Shown: positions 36,469 to 46,478, numbered from the stretch's first letter. The stretch: DNA of 64,000 nucleotides from an uncultured delta proteobacterium (GCA_963755715.1 CAVWLW010000044.1:48050-112049); one strand, 5' to 3'. The notes: generated by a model not told the origin, from the sequence alone. Made by a program: numbers and translations.

Positions 36469-37410
36469 TTACAGCTTGGCAAGATCCGTGATTTTTCCTT
36501 GCCGGCCTGCGTGCGCGAAGTTCGGCCATTCCTCGACTTGCGCGTCGCGATAATTGTCGCGATACCATTTGGCAATTTCTCCGGCGGGCGCGAACCAGAC
36601 CTTGCCGTGGCTTTTCGCGTAGCGGATAAATTCCCGCAGCAACAGCGCGCGAAACGGCCGCCCGCCGACGAAAGGATGATTGCCCCACATCATAAACTTA
36701 GGATCGGTTGCGCCCTCTTCGTACAGACAATCGAAGCAATCTTTCCACATCTGCAACAAATCACGCGGCGTTCTGCCGGCGCGCTGATAACTCGAGTAAT
36801 CGTTCAGATCCTGAAAATAGGATAGCACCGTCAATTCCTGTTTCTTGATCTTGAGCGTGTAGGGCGTTTCCTGGTGCTGCGGGTCCATCCAGTAAGTGTA
36901 GCCCAGCTCCAAGATAATTTCCGGCGTCGACGCGCTCGGCGCTACTCCCGTGGAAAGATAGCCGACCGGCGCTTTCCCCACGACCTTTTTGACCGCGTCG
37001 ACGGTTTTCTGCAGATCTTTTTTCTCCTTGTCGCGCTTTTTCATGTAGCTATAGTCGTGGATCCAGGTTTCCGTGCCGACTTCATGTCCCTGCTCGGCGA
37101 TTTCTTGGAAAATCTCCGGATAGTTTTGCACTGTGATGCCGGTGGGAAAAAAGCTGGTTTGGATTTTCTCCGTCTCGAATATTTCGAGCATCCGGTAAAT
37201 ACCGACACGCTCGCCGAACTCACGATCGGTGATAATCGCCAGGTTTCTTTTCGTGACGGCGTTTCTCGGGAAGCTGCGCCGATTTTCTTGCTGCAGGGTG
37301 TTTGGCCCGCCGAGATCTTCCGGCCAGGTCTCGAAGGCGACGCAGGGCGTGATCGCGATGCGCGCGCCGTCGGGCCATTGGATCGGTTTCCGCTTCGGTC
37401 TAACCTTCAT
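36469..37410 (-). CDS. polysaccharide deacetylase (PuuE-like) family protein
   Basis: WPDGARIA, EFGERVGIYR, HPFVGGRPFR, VWFA. Confidence 0.85.
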   Translation of the reverse strand: MKVRPKRKPIQWPDGARIAITPCVAFETWPEDLGGPNTLQQENRRSFPRNAVTKRNLAIITDREFGERVGIYRMLEIFETEKIQTSFFPTGITVQNYPEIFQEIAEQGHEVGTETWIHDYSYMKKRDKEKKDLQKTVDAVKKVVGKAPVGYLSTGVAPSASTPEIILELGYTYWMDPQHQETPYTLKIKKQELTVLSYFQDLNDYSSYQRAGRTPRDLLQMWKDCFDCLYEEGATDPKFMMWGNHPFVGGRPFRALLLREFIRYAKSHGKVWFAPAGEIAKWYRDNYRDAQVEEWPNFAHAGRQGKITDLAKL

Positions 37411-37635
37411 GTTGCCTCCTCGCACAGTTGAAATTTGCTACTTCATGCCACAGTTCTGGGGTGTTTCCAACTGTGCGCGTAAATGTACAGCGATGTTTTA
37501 TGCTTTAAGTGTTAACGGACTGCTAATTCAGTGATTTTCGAGGAGCGGCAAGAGTAAAACTAAGCGCGCCGGCCTTGACTTGCGATGGGATGCCGGTTAA
37601 TTGAAATGATTGATTCTTAATCAGGAGGAACGATC

Positions 37636-38427
37636 ATGGCAGACGGGAAAATGATCGAATGTCGCGTCGATAACGGCATCGCGGTGCTGGAAATCAATCG
37701 GCCGCCGGTAAATAGTTACACGACCGAGTTATTGAAGGAATTGGATGCGGCGATTTTGGACGCTCGCTTTGACGATAACGTGCACGCGATCGTCATTACG
37801 GGCAAGGTAGAAAAGTTTTTTTCCGCCGGCGCCGACATCAACATGCTGTCGAAGCAGTCGCTCGGTTTCAAGAATAATTTCGCGCTGCACGGCCACGAAG
37901 TCCTCATGCGACTGGAAAACACGCCGAAGATCGTCATCGCCGCGATCAACGGCCACGCCGTCGGCGGCGGTCTTGAGATCGCCATGGCCTGCGATATCCG
38001 CATCGCCAAAAAAGAAGGCGGCAAGGTCGGGCTCGCCGAGATCAATCTCGGCGTCATGCCGGGTATGGGCGGCACGCAGCGCTTGCCGCGCCTGGTCGGC
38101 AAAGCCCGCGCGCTGGAACTCTGCGCCACCGGCAAAACGATCGCGTTTGAAGAAGCCCTCGAAATAGGTTTGGTTCATTACATTTACGAAAAAGAAAACT
38201 TCATGCAAGAAGTAATGGACTACGCGCGCCAGTTTAGTGTGCCGAACAAGAGCAGCCTCGCTGTCGGCAAAGTAAAGCGCGCCATCCAAACCGGCCTCGA
38301 ACTGTCATTACCCGATGGCTTGGCCTTCGAGCGCGAGCTTCTCGCTCAGACATTCGCCAGCGAAGATGGTCAGGAAGGCGTAAAAGCGTATCTCGAAAAA
38401 CGCACCGCTCAGTTCAAGGGAAAGTAA
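37636..38427 (+). CDS. enoyl-CoA hydratase/isomerase
   Basis: FSAGADI, GHAVGGGLEIAMACD, EINLGVMPGMGGTQRL. Confidence 0.95.
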   Translation: MADGKMIECRVDNGIAVLEINRPPVNSYTTELLKELDAAILDARFDDNVHAIVITGKVEKFFSAGADINMLSKQSLGFKNNFALHGHEVLMRLENTPKIVIAAINGHAVGGGLEIAMACDIRIAKKEGGKVGLAEINLGVMPGMGGTQRLPRLVGKARALELCATGKTIAFEEALEIGLVHYIYEKENFMQEVMDYARQFSVPNKSSLAVGKVKRAIQTGLELSLPDGLAFERELLAQTFASEDGQEGVKAYLEKRTAQFKGK

Positions 38428-38505
38428 TCGTTCCCTATCCCCACTTCAGCGTTCCGATCCCAGTTTACGATTGGAACGGCTTGAACGATTTGAACGTTTG
38501 GAACT
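38428..38505. repeat. REP-like element with TTGAAC-type periodic arm
   Basis: ..CGTTCC..CGTTCCG.. / TTGGAACGGCTTGAACGATTTGAACGTTTGGAAC. Confidence 0.55.
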
Positions 38506-38530
38506 TTTTTAATTCAATGGAGGTTATCCA

Positions 38531-39994
38531 ATGGCTAAGATGTTTATCGGCGGCGAGTCCGTCGATTCGGTAACCAAGAACACGACCGAAGTGCGCAATC
38601 CTGCCACGGGCGCGACCGTCGACACCGTGCCGCAGGGCAATGACAAGGACGTGCAACAGGCGATTCAGGCCGCCGAAGAAGCTTTCAAAGTTTGGTCCGA
38701 TGTCTCGCCTGAAGATCGCGGCAATGCGCTGATGAACGCGGGCGAGTTAATCAAAAAAAACGCCGGTGAGATCTCCCAACTCTTAACGCAAGAGCAAGGT
38801 AAGACGCTATTCGAAGCCGGCTTGGAGATTCATCATCTGGTGCACGGTTTGGAATTCTATGCGGGCCTTGCATCTAAAGTCCGCGGCTCTCACGTGCCGC
38901 TACCGCAGAAAGGCGCCTACGGCATGGTCGTGCGCCAACCGATCGGTGTGTGCGGTGGCATCGTGCCGTGGAATTTTCCGTTAACGTTGATGGGCACCAA
39001 GCTCGGTCCCGCACTCGCCGCCGGCAACACGATCATCGTTAAGCCGGCGAGCACGACGCCGCTGGCAACGATCAAAGTTATCGAGCTGATCGCGCAGGCG
39101 ACCTTCGGCGAAGGCAAAGCGCAAAAGCCTTTGCCGAAAGGCACCGTCAATATCGTCACGGGGCCCGGCGGCAGCGTCGGCGAAGAGCTCTTGCGTAACC
39201 CGCGCATCCGCCGCATCGCTTTCACCGGCTCGACGCCGGTGGGCCGCCACGTCATGGAAGTGGCCGGCCGCGAGATCAAGCGCGTCACTTTGGAATTGGG
39301 CGGCAGCGATCCGATGATCGTGATGGAAGATGCCAACCTCGATCTCGCCGTGAAGATGGCCGACGTCGGCCGCTATTTTAATTGCGGCCAGATGTGCCTG
39401 GGCGTGAAGCGTTTATTCTTGCAGGAATCGATCGCCGATAACTTCGTCGGCGGCTTGGTGGAAATTCTCAAAAAGAAAACGGTCGGCAACGGCATGAGCA
39501 AAGAAACTCGCATGGGTCCGATCCACATCGGCTCCCAGCGCCAGGAAGTCGAAGAGCAAGTCGAAGACGCCAAAGCGCGCGGCGCCAAGTTGCTCTTCGG
39601 CGGCGAGCGGCCCAAGGGCGGCGACTTCGACAAAGGTTTCTTCTATCTGCCGACGCTGATGACGAACGTGCCCGACGACGCGCGCATGACCAAGGAAGAA
39701 GTCTTCGGTCCCGCGCTGCCGGTCTATACTTTCAAGACGCTGGACGAAGCGTTGGAGAAAGCCAACTCATCCGAGTTCGGCCTCGGCTCGTCGATATGGA
39801 CGCGCAATTTGTTGCACGCCAACAAAGCGATCGACAAGCTCCAGGCCGGCAACGTGTGGGTCAACTCGCTTCATTACGGCTATGACGAGCTGCCTTTCGG
39901 CGGCGTCAAATCGAGCGGCGTCGGCCGCGAGCACGGCCCCGAAGCTCTGGATTATTATCTCGAGCCCAAGGGCGTGGTCGTCGTCAACGTCTGA
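38531..39994 (+). CDS. NAD(P)-dependent aldehyde dehydrogenase
   Basis: PWNFP, FTGST, LELGG, GQMC, EEVFGP, PFGGVKSSG. Confidence 0.96.
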   Translation: MAKMFIGGESVDSVTKNTTEVRNPATGATVDTVPQGNDKDVQQAIQAAEEAFKVWSDVSPEDRGNALMNAGELIKKNAGEISQLLTQEQGKTLFEAGLEIHHLVHGLEFYAGLASKVRGSHVPLPQKGAYGMVVRQPIGVCGGIVPWNFPLTLMGTKLGPALAAGNTIIVKPASTTPLATIKVIELIAQATFGEGKAQKPLPKGTVNIVTGPGGSVGEELLRNPRIRRIAFTGSTPVGRHVMEVAGREIKRVTLELGGSDPMIVMEDANLDLAVKMADVGRYFNCGQMCLGVKRLFLQESIADNFVGGLVEILKKKTVGNGMSKETRMGPIHIGSQRQEVEEQVEDAKARGAKLLFGGERPKGGDFDKGFFYLPTLMTNVPDDARMTKEEVFGPALPVYTFKTLDEALEKANSSEFGLGSSIWTRNLLHANKAIDKLQAGNVWVNSLHYGYDELPFGGVKSSGVGREHGPEALDYYLEPKGVVVVNV

Positions 39995-40071
39995 GGGAAA
40001 CCATTCCATTGACAACTGGCGCCACATTCAACTACTTTGTGGTTATCTCGATATCTTAAGGGAGGACGACC

Positions 40072-40872
40072 ATGTTTGCACAAATGCGCCATATGGCGAT
40101 CGTGACCAGCAACGCGAATAACGAAGGCGATTTTTATCGGGACGTATTCGGCATGCGCCGTTCGAGTTTGCAGCGCGCAGGTGCCGCGGTGGTCGTCGGC
40201 GACGGTTACATCGGATTGAATCTCAACCCGCGCGCGCCGGGCCGCCAGGCGGGTTTCGATCACTTCGGCTTCGAAGTGCAGGACGTCGAGGTCGTGTTTT
40301 CCCGTCTCAAAGAAAAATATCCCAAAATCCAAGTGCTCCATCGGCCGAGCAATCGCCCCTTCGCCGGCATCAGCATGCACGATCCGATGGGCAACGTTTT
40401 CGATCTGTCCCAGGCGAACATGGAAAACCGGCGCGATCTCTACACCGATAAGGTCGAGGAGCGCAAACGCCGCATCGGCCACTTCGGCCTGCGCTGCGTC
40501 GAGCCGGAAGAATGCGGCGAGTTCTATCGCGACGTTTTCGAGTTGACCGAGCTGGAAAAACCGGCCGGAGATCCCAATCACTATCTCTCCGACGGCAAAG
40601 TCACGCTGGCGGTAATGCCCTGGAAGATTTCCGACTTCGCCGGCTCCGGCATCGAGCGACCCGCGTTGGACCATATCGGCTTCAAGGTCGAAAGTTTGAC
40701 CGCATTCAAAGCCGACCTGGAAAAATTCAAGAGCGCCAATCCGGCGCCCGAAGACCGTCCCGAGAAAAACCCGGAACGTGAGGTCCGGCAAAAACTCCTC
40801 GCGACCTGCTGCTTCGGCCAGTATCACACGTCTGATCCCGACGGCGTGCTGATCGACGTGTCGGAAAATTAG
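40072..40872 (+). CDS. VOC (glyoxalase/extradiol dioxygenase) family protein, two domains
   Basis: RHMAI..FY.DVFG, DHFGF, DPMGN; repeated HFGL, DHIGF, DPDG. Confidence 0.88.
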   Translation: MFAQMRHMAIVTSNANNEGDFYRDVFGMRRSSLQRAGAAVVVGDGYIGLNLNPRAPGRQAGFDHFGFEVQDVEVVFSRLKEKYPKIQVLHRPSNRPFAGISMHDPMGNVFDLSQANMENRRDLYTDKVEERKRRIGHFGLRCVEPEECGEFYRDVFELTELEKPAGDPNHYLSDGKVTLAVMPWKISDFAGSGIERPALDHIGFKVESLTAFKADLEKFKSANPAPEDRPEKNPEREVRQKLLATCCFGQYHTSDPDGVLIDVSEN

Positions 40873-40894
40873 TCTTCGGTTTTTACGAATTTCC

Positions 40895-40932
40895 AAAAGG
40901 GGCGTCCGTCGCGCCAGACGGACGCCCCTTTT
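40895..40932. terminator. bidirectional intrinsic terminator
   Basis: AAAAGGGGCGTCCGTC-GCGCCA-GACGGACGCCCCTTTT between convergent genes. Confidence 0.9.
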
Positions 40933-40969
40933 GTTTGGACGCGGCTGAATGCTGTGACAAAAGCTTGAA

Positions 40970-41955
40970 TTAAGGAACGAGGGCGCGCCTTTTGGTCCAT
41001 CTCCCGGTACACAATCCTAGCGCAATCAGGCCGACGAAATACGCGAGTGCCGGCACAGAGGCTTTCGCCGGCGGCTCGATGGCGGTTACACCTATGACTT
41101 TCTCACTTCGAAGCGGCGGCTTACCGGGGACCTCGGCAAGCGCGACAACGCGATATTCCGCGCCGTCGGTAAATTGAAACTTCATCGAGAACTCCTTGTC
41201 GACCGGTATTCTCTCCACCTCGAACGCGATCTTTTCCTTTTCCAGGTGAGTAATCGTTAGCGTGAGCAGAGTGTTCGACGTGCCGGCGATCTCGGCATTT
41301 TTCAAAAACCAGCGGACGGCCGTAGGCGTCCCCACCGTAGCGGCACCGATCTCTAGACCGGCATTCTCCGTCTCTCAACGCGCGGCGGTTCCGCGGCTCG
41401 ACTCGACTCAACCAACAGCGCCGCGGCGAATAGAGCAATCATCGCGCTCCTCGCTCCGGTAAAAACTCTTCCCGCCATCAAGCCCAGTAAAAACAGGCCA
41501 ACGGAAAATCCCGTCAGAGCAAACCACTTTTTTTGATTCTCGCGCACGTAGAATTTGAAATCTTTGCTCGCCTTCCCACCGTCCGCTGTCGTGGCGACGA
41601 CCGTCAAGCGATACTCGCCGCGGATCGGAAAAAGAAATTTCCAATTGGCCCGGCCCTGGCGCAATTCCATACGCATTTCACTCAGCCGCGTCCCTTCGAC
41701 GAACGGAAAATCGGTCGAGAAAAATCTTCCCGGCTCAGGGGCGTCAAGGCGAATATCCACCACGCCCTGTTTCACCGGCCTGCCATCGGCGCCGGTGATC
41801 AACAACGACATATTCGCTGGATCGGCATACGGGCGAAGCAGCTCGATCCTTGGCGTTGTCTTAAAATAAATAGTGAGATCTTCAGCCCAAACCGTCACGC
41901 CGGGCAGAAAGGAAACGAAGAAGAAGGCAAAAAGAGCGCACAGTTTTAGTGACAA
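40970..41955 (-). CDS. membrane-anchored protein with Ig/YtkA-like extracytoplasmic domains (probable frameshift near 41350-41400)
   Basis: Signal peptide, beta-rich domain ending FPIRGEYRLTV, TM helix, second beta domain ending F.F.DGAEYRV, C-terminal TM. Confidence 0.55.
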
Positions 41956-42134
41956 GGAACTACGGCTAACGCGTGGCGAACATTGTGCAGCGTGTCATGG
42001 ACCGCAGGATAACTCGCCGCCAACGCGACAAACAAGGTCGCGCCACAAACGGATAGAAAAATTCCGGATTTGATTAGGAAGGAAGTTTGTTCCGATACTG
42101 CTAAGCCCAGCCAAATGGCAACGATTTTTTCCAT
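41946..42134 (-). CDS. CbtB-like His-rich small membrane protein
   Basis: TM helix followed by VHDTLHNVRHALAVVPCH; CAGGAG RBS. Confidence 0.75.
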   Translation of the reverse strand: MEKIVAIWLGLAVSEQTSFLIKSGIFLSVCGATLFVALAASYPAVHDTLHNVRHALAVVPCH

Positions 42135-42270
42135 GTTCGCGTCTCCTGCGATATTCAACTGCATATTCATACTAACCGCCGCCCGCTGTCAAGCGGACAC
42201 GTTTAACTGTTGCCTTTCCATGCCGTCTTTCATATTGCTGAAGACATCTTTCAAATCGCGGGAGGTTGCC

Positions 42271-42465
42271 ATGCCAGTCGTTCATATCTACATGTATGCC
42301 GGAAGAAGCAAAGAACAGAAAAGCGAAATGGTCAGGCGCATTTCTAAAGACTTCGAAGAAGTCATGAGCATCAAGCCTGAATCCCTCAACGTGCTCTTTC
42401 ACGACGTGGAAAAGAGCGACTGGGGCATCCGCGGCGCCCTCGCCTCGGAGACGCCGCCGAAGTAA
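42271..42465 (+). CDS. 4-oxalocrotonate tautomerase family protein
   Basis: N-terminal Pro (MPVV), GRS.EQK, WGIRG; GGAGG RBS. Confidence 0.92.
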   Translation: MPVVHIYMYAGRSKEQKSEMVRRISKDFEEVMSIKPESLNVLFHDVEKSDWGIRGALASETPPK

Positions 42466-42504
42466 ATCGTTAGAACCGCCCCTCGGTCGAAAACAGGAGA
42501 TTCC

Positions 42505-43227
42505 ATGCCAGTAAAAATTGGCTTTATCGGCTCGAGCGCGCCGTCGAGTCCGCACCATGATAGCTTTCGAAGGTTTATTCCCAAAGACCTCGAATTCACC
42601 TTCGTCCAGGAAGCCGGTGTGAAAACTTCGCTCTACGACGCTCGTGGCAAAGTCGACGCGCTGATCGGCCAGGTGCAGGAACTCATCGCCGAGCGTGATT
42701 GGGACGGGGTGATCATCAGCGGCGCGCCGAAAGAGGCGCTCAATCCCGGCATGTGGGAGCGGGTTTCTGGCGGATTGAAAGTTCCGATATCGCTGGCGCT
42801 CAGATCGTCGGTTGCCGCGCTCAAAGCCTTCGCGGCCAAACGCATTCTCCTGATGACCCCGGTGGATGACGAGCTGAAGAAACTTTACCGCGATTATCTT
42901 GACGGATTTGGCATCGCATCATTCTACCCGCCACAGATTCTGCGCGTCCACACCGACGCTTTGAAGCTCAGCGCGGATGACGTTGAAGAGATGACGCACC
43001 GCGCGTTGGCGGAATATCCCGACGTCGACGCGATCTATTTTCAGGGCGCGCTGCTCGATCCCCTACCCATCTTGGAAAAGATGGAAGCCCAGCTAAATCT
43101 CCCAATCATCGCCAGCAATCCGGCCATGCTCTGGGTCATTCTCTCCAAGCTCGGATTGAATTATCAAATCACGGGTTACGGCAAGTTGCTGTCGCAGTGG
43201 CCGGCGCTGCCGACGGGCCCGTTCTAA
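42505..43227 (+). CDS. Asp/Glu racemase / maleate isomerase / AMDase-fold protein with no cysteines
   Basis: AL.AF.AKRI...TP, DAIYFQG, E..L.LPIIASN.AMLW, GYGKLL. Confidence 0.75.
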   Translation: MPVKIGFIGSSAPSSPHHDSFRRFIPKDLEFTFVQEAGVKTSLYDARGKVDALIGQVQELIAERDWDGVIISGAPKEALNPGMWERVSGGLKVPISLALRSSVAALKAFAAKRILLMTPVDDELKKLYRDYLDGFGIASFYPPQILRVHTDALKLSADDVEEMTHRALAEYPDVDAIYFQGALLDPLPILEKMEAQLNLPIIASNPAMLWVILSKLGLNYQITGYGKLLSQWPALPTGPF

Positions 43228-43234
43228 TTTCACT

Positions 43235-44188
43235 TTGGAGCAGCCAGTGCGCACCGTCAGGCTTGCCTATCGCGACAACGATCGCACACCGGTCATTTAC
43301 TGCATCAAAGCGATGGCCGAGCGTCATTACGCCGTGAACGTCGATGTCGTGCACATCGAGCCGCAGCAGGAATTCGAAGGCGCGTTGTTCGATAATTCCT
43401 GCGATGTCATCATCGAACATGTCGAATATCTATACACCGAGGCGGCCAAAGGAAAGAAAATCACTTTTTTCTGCGCGCCGCAGATTCACCGCGGGCTGAA
43501 ACTCGTCGTGCCGCAAAGTTTCGATTCCGTCGACGAACTTCGCGGCAAGACGATGGCAGTGCGCGATTTGGGACGACCGCACACGATCACGCTGTGGTTA
43601 CGAAAGATGGGACTCGAAAAAGACGTTGGAACGATGATCGTCAAAGATAAAGACGTCGGCCGCTGGCAACAGTGGAAAAAAATAATCGCCGGCGAGTGCG
43701 CGGCGTGCTTCCTCTCGCCGCTTTATCTGCCGGACGCTCTCGTGGCGGGATTGAAAACGTTTCCGGTGCCGGAGGCTGAGATCATCAGCAATTTCGCCCA
43801 AGCCTGTTTGTCCAGCTTCGCTCACCAAAATCCCGCGCTCATGAAAGATTATCTGAAAGCGGTTGTCCACGCTTTTGTATTGCTGGTGCATCGCAGAGAC
43901 CAAGCGATGGCGATTGTTGCGGGAGAGCCTATGCGCTTGATGAAAATATCCGATGCCGGCGAGCTACGTCGCCAGGTCGACTCCATCGCCGAAATGCTCC
44001 AAGTCAAACCCTACCCCACAGTTGAGGCAATCATGAACACCCATGAGATCGCCGCTCATGAATACGGCGCCGCGGTAGAAAACCCGCTAACGCTTTGGGA
44101 CATCCATTGGCTAAAAGAGTTGGACGACGAAGGCTTCATCGATGATTTGGTTGAAAGCCTTTCGGGTGTTTCACAGCGGAGACGCTGA
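43235..44188 (+). CDS. SsuA/THI5-fold protein without signal peptide
   Basis: ELRGKTMAV, KPYPT, LKELDDEGFID shared with local binding proteins; no N-terminal hydrophobic segment. Confidence 0.7.
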   Translation: MEQPVRTVRLAYRDNDRTPVIYCIKAMAERHYAVNVDVVHIEPQQEFEGALFDNSCDVIIEHVEYLYTEAAKGKKITFFCAPQIHRGLKLVVPQSFDSVDELRGKTMAVRDLGRPHTITLWLRKMGLEKDVGTMIVKDKDVGRWQQWKKIIAGECAACFLSPLYLPDALVAGLKTFPVPEAEIISNFAQACLSSFAHQNPALMKDYLKAVVHAFVLLVHRRDQAMAIVAGEPMRLMKISDAGELRRQVDSIAEMLQVKPYPTVEAIMNTHEIAAHEYGAAVENPLTLWDIHWLKELDDEGFIDDLVESLSGVSQRRR

Positions 44189-44274
44189 GGACGCGGAGAG
44201 GACAATGTGAAAAAGAAAAACTCTGCGCGCTCTCGTTTCCCGCATCTGTCATCTCGAACGAAGTGAGAGATCTT
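44173..44274. repeat. two abutting REP-like remnants
   Basis: CACAGCGGAGACGCTGAGGACGCGGAG..CTCTGCGCGCTCT (family of 2791) then TGTCATCTCGAACGAAGTGAGAGATCT (family of 47690). Confidence 0.55.
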
Positions 44275-44319
44275 TCTTAATCTTAACAACTCCAAGAAAA
44301 ACTATCCCATCAAACTTCG

Positions 44320-44811
44320 ATGAAGAAACTCCTGATCGTCTTTCACTCTAAAACAGGCGGCACATACCAAATGGCGCAAGCCGCCGTCAGGGGCGCTGAG
44401 AGCGAGCCGGACGTGGATATTAAGTTCATTCATGCCGCCGAAGCCGGGCCCGACGAGCTCATCGAATCCGACGGCTATATCTTCGCCACACCGGAAAATC
44501 TCGCGATGATGTCCGGCATGATGAAAGACTTCTTCGACCGAACTTACTATCCGGTCCTCGACCGCATCGTTGGCCGTCCCTACGCGATGCTGATTTGCGC
44601 CGGCAGCGACGGCGAAAACGCCGCGCGCCAGATCCAAAGAATCGCCACCGGCTGGCGGCTCAAGGCGATGGCCGATCCGATCATTGTCTGCACCCACGCG
44701 CAGACGCCGGAAGCGATCCTCGCGCCCAAACAGATCGGTGAATTCGATCTAGGCCGCTGCGAAGAGATCGGCGCCACGCTGGCGGCCGGCCTAAGCCTCG
44801 GTATCTACTAA
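44320..44811 (+). CDS. flavodoxin family (WrbA-like) protein
   Basis: HSKTGGT FMN loop, ATPEN...SG.MKDFFDR, AGSDG. Confidence 0.88.
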   Translation: MKKLLIVFHSKTGGTYQMAQAAVRGAESEPDVDIKFIHAAEAGPDELIESDGYIFATPENLAMMSGMMKDFFDRTYYPVLDRIVGRPYAMLICAGSDGENAARQIQRIATGWRLKAMADPIIVCTHAQTPEAILAPKQIGEFDLGRCEEIGATLAAGLSLGIY

Positions 44812-44975
44812 CCGGTTCAACATTCTTGGCGGCGTTATTCCTGCAAAATTGTCGCAAAATAACGACAGACCGAAGCGACGCCCTGCTTTTCCCGATCCCA
44901 ATACGGCTGAGATCACGCTGTGATTTTGTCGTGCTTATAGGGGCTTTGGGCGCAACTACGCGCCGTACTCTAAAC

Positions 44976-44990
44976 TGGCACTACTTCTGC
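44976..44990 (+). promoter_or_regulatory. probable sigma-54 promoter
   Basis: CTGGCAC-TACTT-CTGCA, 60 nt upstream of the CsbD-family ATG. Confidence 0.55.
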
Positions 44991-45050
44991 AGCTCCTTCA
45001 CGACTAGCAGCCGGTTAGATAGTCAGGACCTTGGCATTAAGGAGGCCAGC

Positions 45051-45300
45051 ATGGACGCAAATAAATTCAAAGGTAGTTGGCACCAGTTCAAAGGCGAGCT
45101 CAAGAAGAAGTGGGGAGCAGCTAACGGACGATGATCTTCTCGAGTGCGAGGGCGACTACGAAAAGTTTTTAGGCGTCGTTCAAAAAAGATACGGCGACAA
45201 AAAAGAGGAATTGCAGCAATGGGCCGATGATTGGTATTCCGAGCGCGAGCAGGAAGAGATCCGTCGGAGGCAGGCAACTACTTCGCGTAATCAAGCGTGA
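45051..45300 (+). CDS. CsbD/YjbJ family protein (frameshift in G-run near 45113)
   Basis: FKGSWHQFKGELKKKWG/QLTDDDL..EG...F.G..QKRYG; AAGGAGG RBS. Confidence 0.85.
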
Positions 45301-45345
45301 CTTCTTGATGGATTTACCCGCCTACAGCGGGCAAATCCATTTGAT

Positions 45346-45580
45346 TTCACTTGGGACGAGGTTCGCTGGCCCGCGACAATGTCGAGGTGAGGATCTTCAC
45401 ATTCTCGCTTTTTTCGATGTAGCGGACGAACAGATATTTGTTTTCCTGTGAGTCCAAGGCCGCCGCCGGTACATCACCCGCGCCCGGTTCCACTTTTGCC
45501 AGGATGAACTAGAGATCGTTAGCCTTCAGGGCGCGCGTGAACGCCTCTGCAAATTCCGCCAGCGGTCGCGCGCGGCTGTG
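45346..45580 (-). pseudogene. C-terminal fragment of a TPP-binding decarboxylase beta subunit (ComE-like)
   Basis: LAEFAEAFTRALKANDL*FILAKVEPG...LDSQENKYLFVRYIE with an in-frame stop. Confidence 0.55.
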
Positions 45581-45594
45581 GTTTTGCTAAGGTC

Positions 45595-45822
45595 GTCAGC
45601 ACAACGACGACGGCCGGGCAGGCCGACTTGGCGGCGCTCGATCGTGCCGCACTTCGGCGAAGAACTGGTGGTCACGAATCTGGGCGCCGTACGCCACGAG
45701 TGGCAAGCGCTCAGGCCACACTATGGCAATTACCATTTGCAGAATCTCGGACTGACGTCTTCGATGGCGCTTGGATTAGCTTTGGCGCTGCCCCACCGCA
45801 AGGTCGTGGCGTTCGACGGCAA
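45595..45822 (+). pseudogene. middle and N-terminal fragments of the same ComE-like TPP-binding subunit
   Basis: TTTTAGQADLAAL then VPHFGEELVVTNLG...LGLTSSMALGLALALPHRKVVAFDG, ending at the start of the GDG motif. Confidence 0.65.
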
Positions 45823-45910
45823 AGCCTCTGAATGTCCTTGACTCCTATCCGGCTATTATGTCCATTTTTTCTAACTGGAAAAGCTGCTGCACCCGTAATA
45901 TAGTTTTTTC

Positions 45911-46129
45911 ATGAAAACAGTCCCAGCAACTAAATTTAAAGAACAATGCTTGGCGCTGCTCGACCGAGTGGGTCCGGACGGAATCATTATCACCAAACAT
46001 GGCAAGCCTGTTGCCAAGCTCGTCCCAGTCCATACGGACAACGCAAAAATGATCGGAAGCTTCAAAGGCAAGCTGAAAATCAAAGGGAATATTCTTTCGA
46101 CCGGTGTCAAGTGGGATGCTGAATCTTGA
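45911..46129 (+). CDS. type II antitoxin, Phd/YefM family
   Basis: ATKFKEQCL.LLDRV, IIITKHGKPVAKLVP. Confidence 0.92.
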   Translation: MKTVPATKFKEQCLALLDRVGPDGIIITKHGKPVAKLVPVHTDNAKMIGSFKGKLKIKGNILSTGVKWDAES

Positions 46130-46478
46130 CACTCATATTCTACTCTATGCCCTCAGCGATGATTTGACGCCCCGCGAGAGCACGTTATTATCGAACGATA
46201 CCTGGAGTATTTCGGGGATCGTACTTTGGGAAATTGCGAAGCTCTCTGAGTTGGGCCGCATTGAACTCGACCTCGATGATTCGGAGTTGGCGCGAACATT
46301 GTCCAGAATCCAAACCTGGCCGCTTACGCTGGATATTTGCCGTGCCATCAACACGTTGGACTTCGACAGCGACCCTGCCGATGAAATTATCGCCGCCACA
46401 AGCATCGTCCACCGGTTACCTCTCGTCACACGAGACCGACGGATGCGCCGATCCAAACGCATATCTTTTGCCGTGTAA
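46116..46478 (+). CDS. vapC: type II toxin, PIN/VapC family
   Basis: LDTHILL, LWEI, DPAD.II.ATS, LVTRD; overlaps the antitoxin stop. Confidence 0.92.
   Translation: MLNLDTHILLYALSDDLTPRESTLLSNDTWSISGIVLWEIAKLSELGRIELDLDDSELARTLSRIQTWPLTLDICRAINTLDFDSDPADEIIAATSIVHRLPLVTRDRRMRRSKRISFAV

Noticed and set aside
42134-42270. Cobalamin riboswitch or NikR/Fur box upstream of the CbtB-like gene
   Set aside because: Only about 135 nt are available, with no B12-box and no convincing palindrome.
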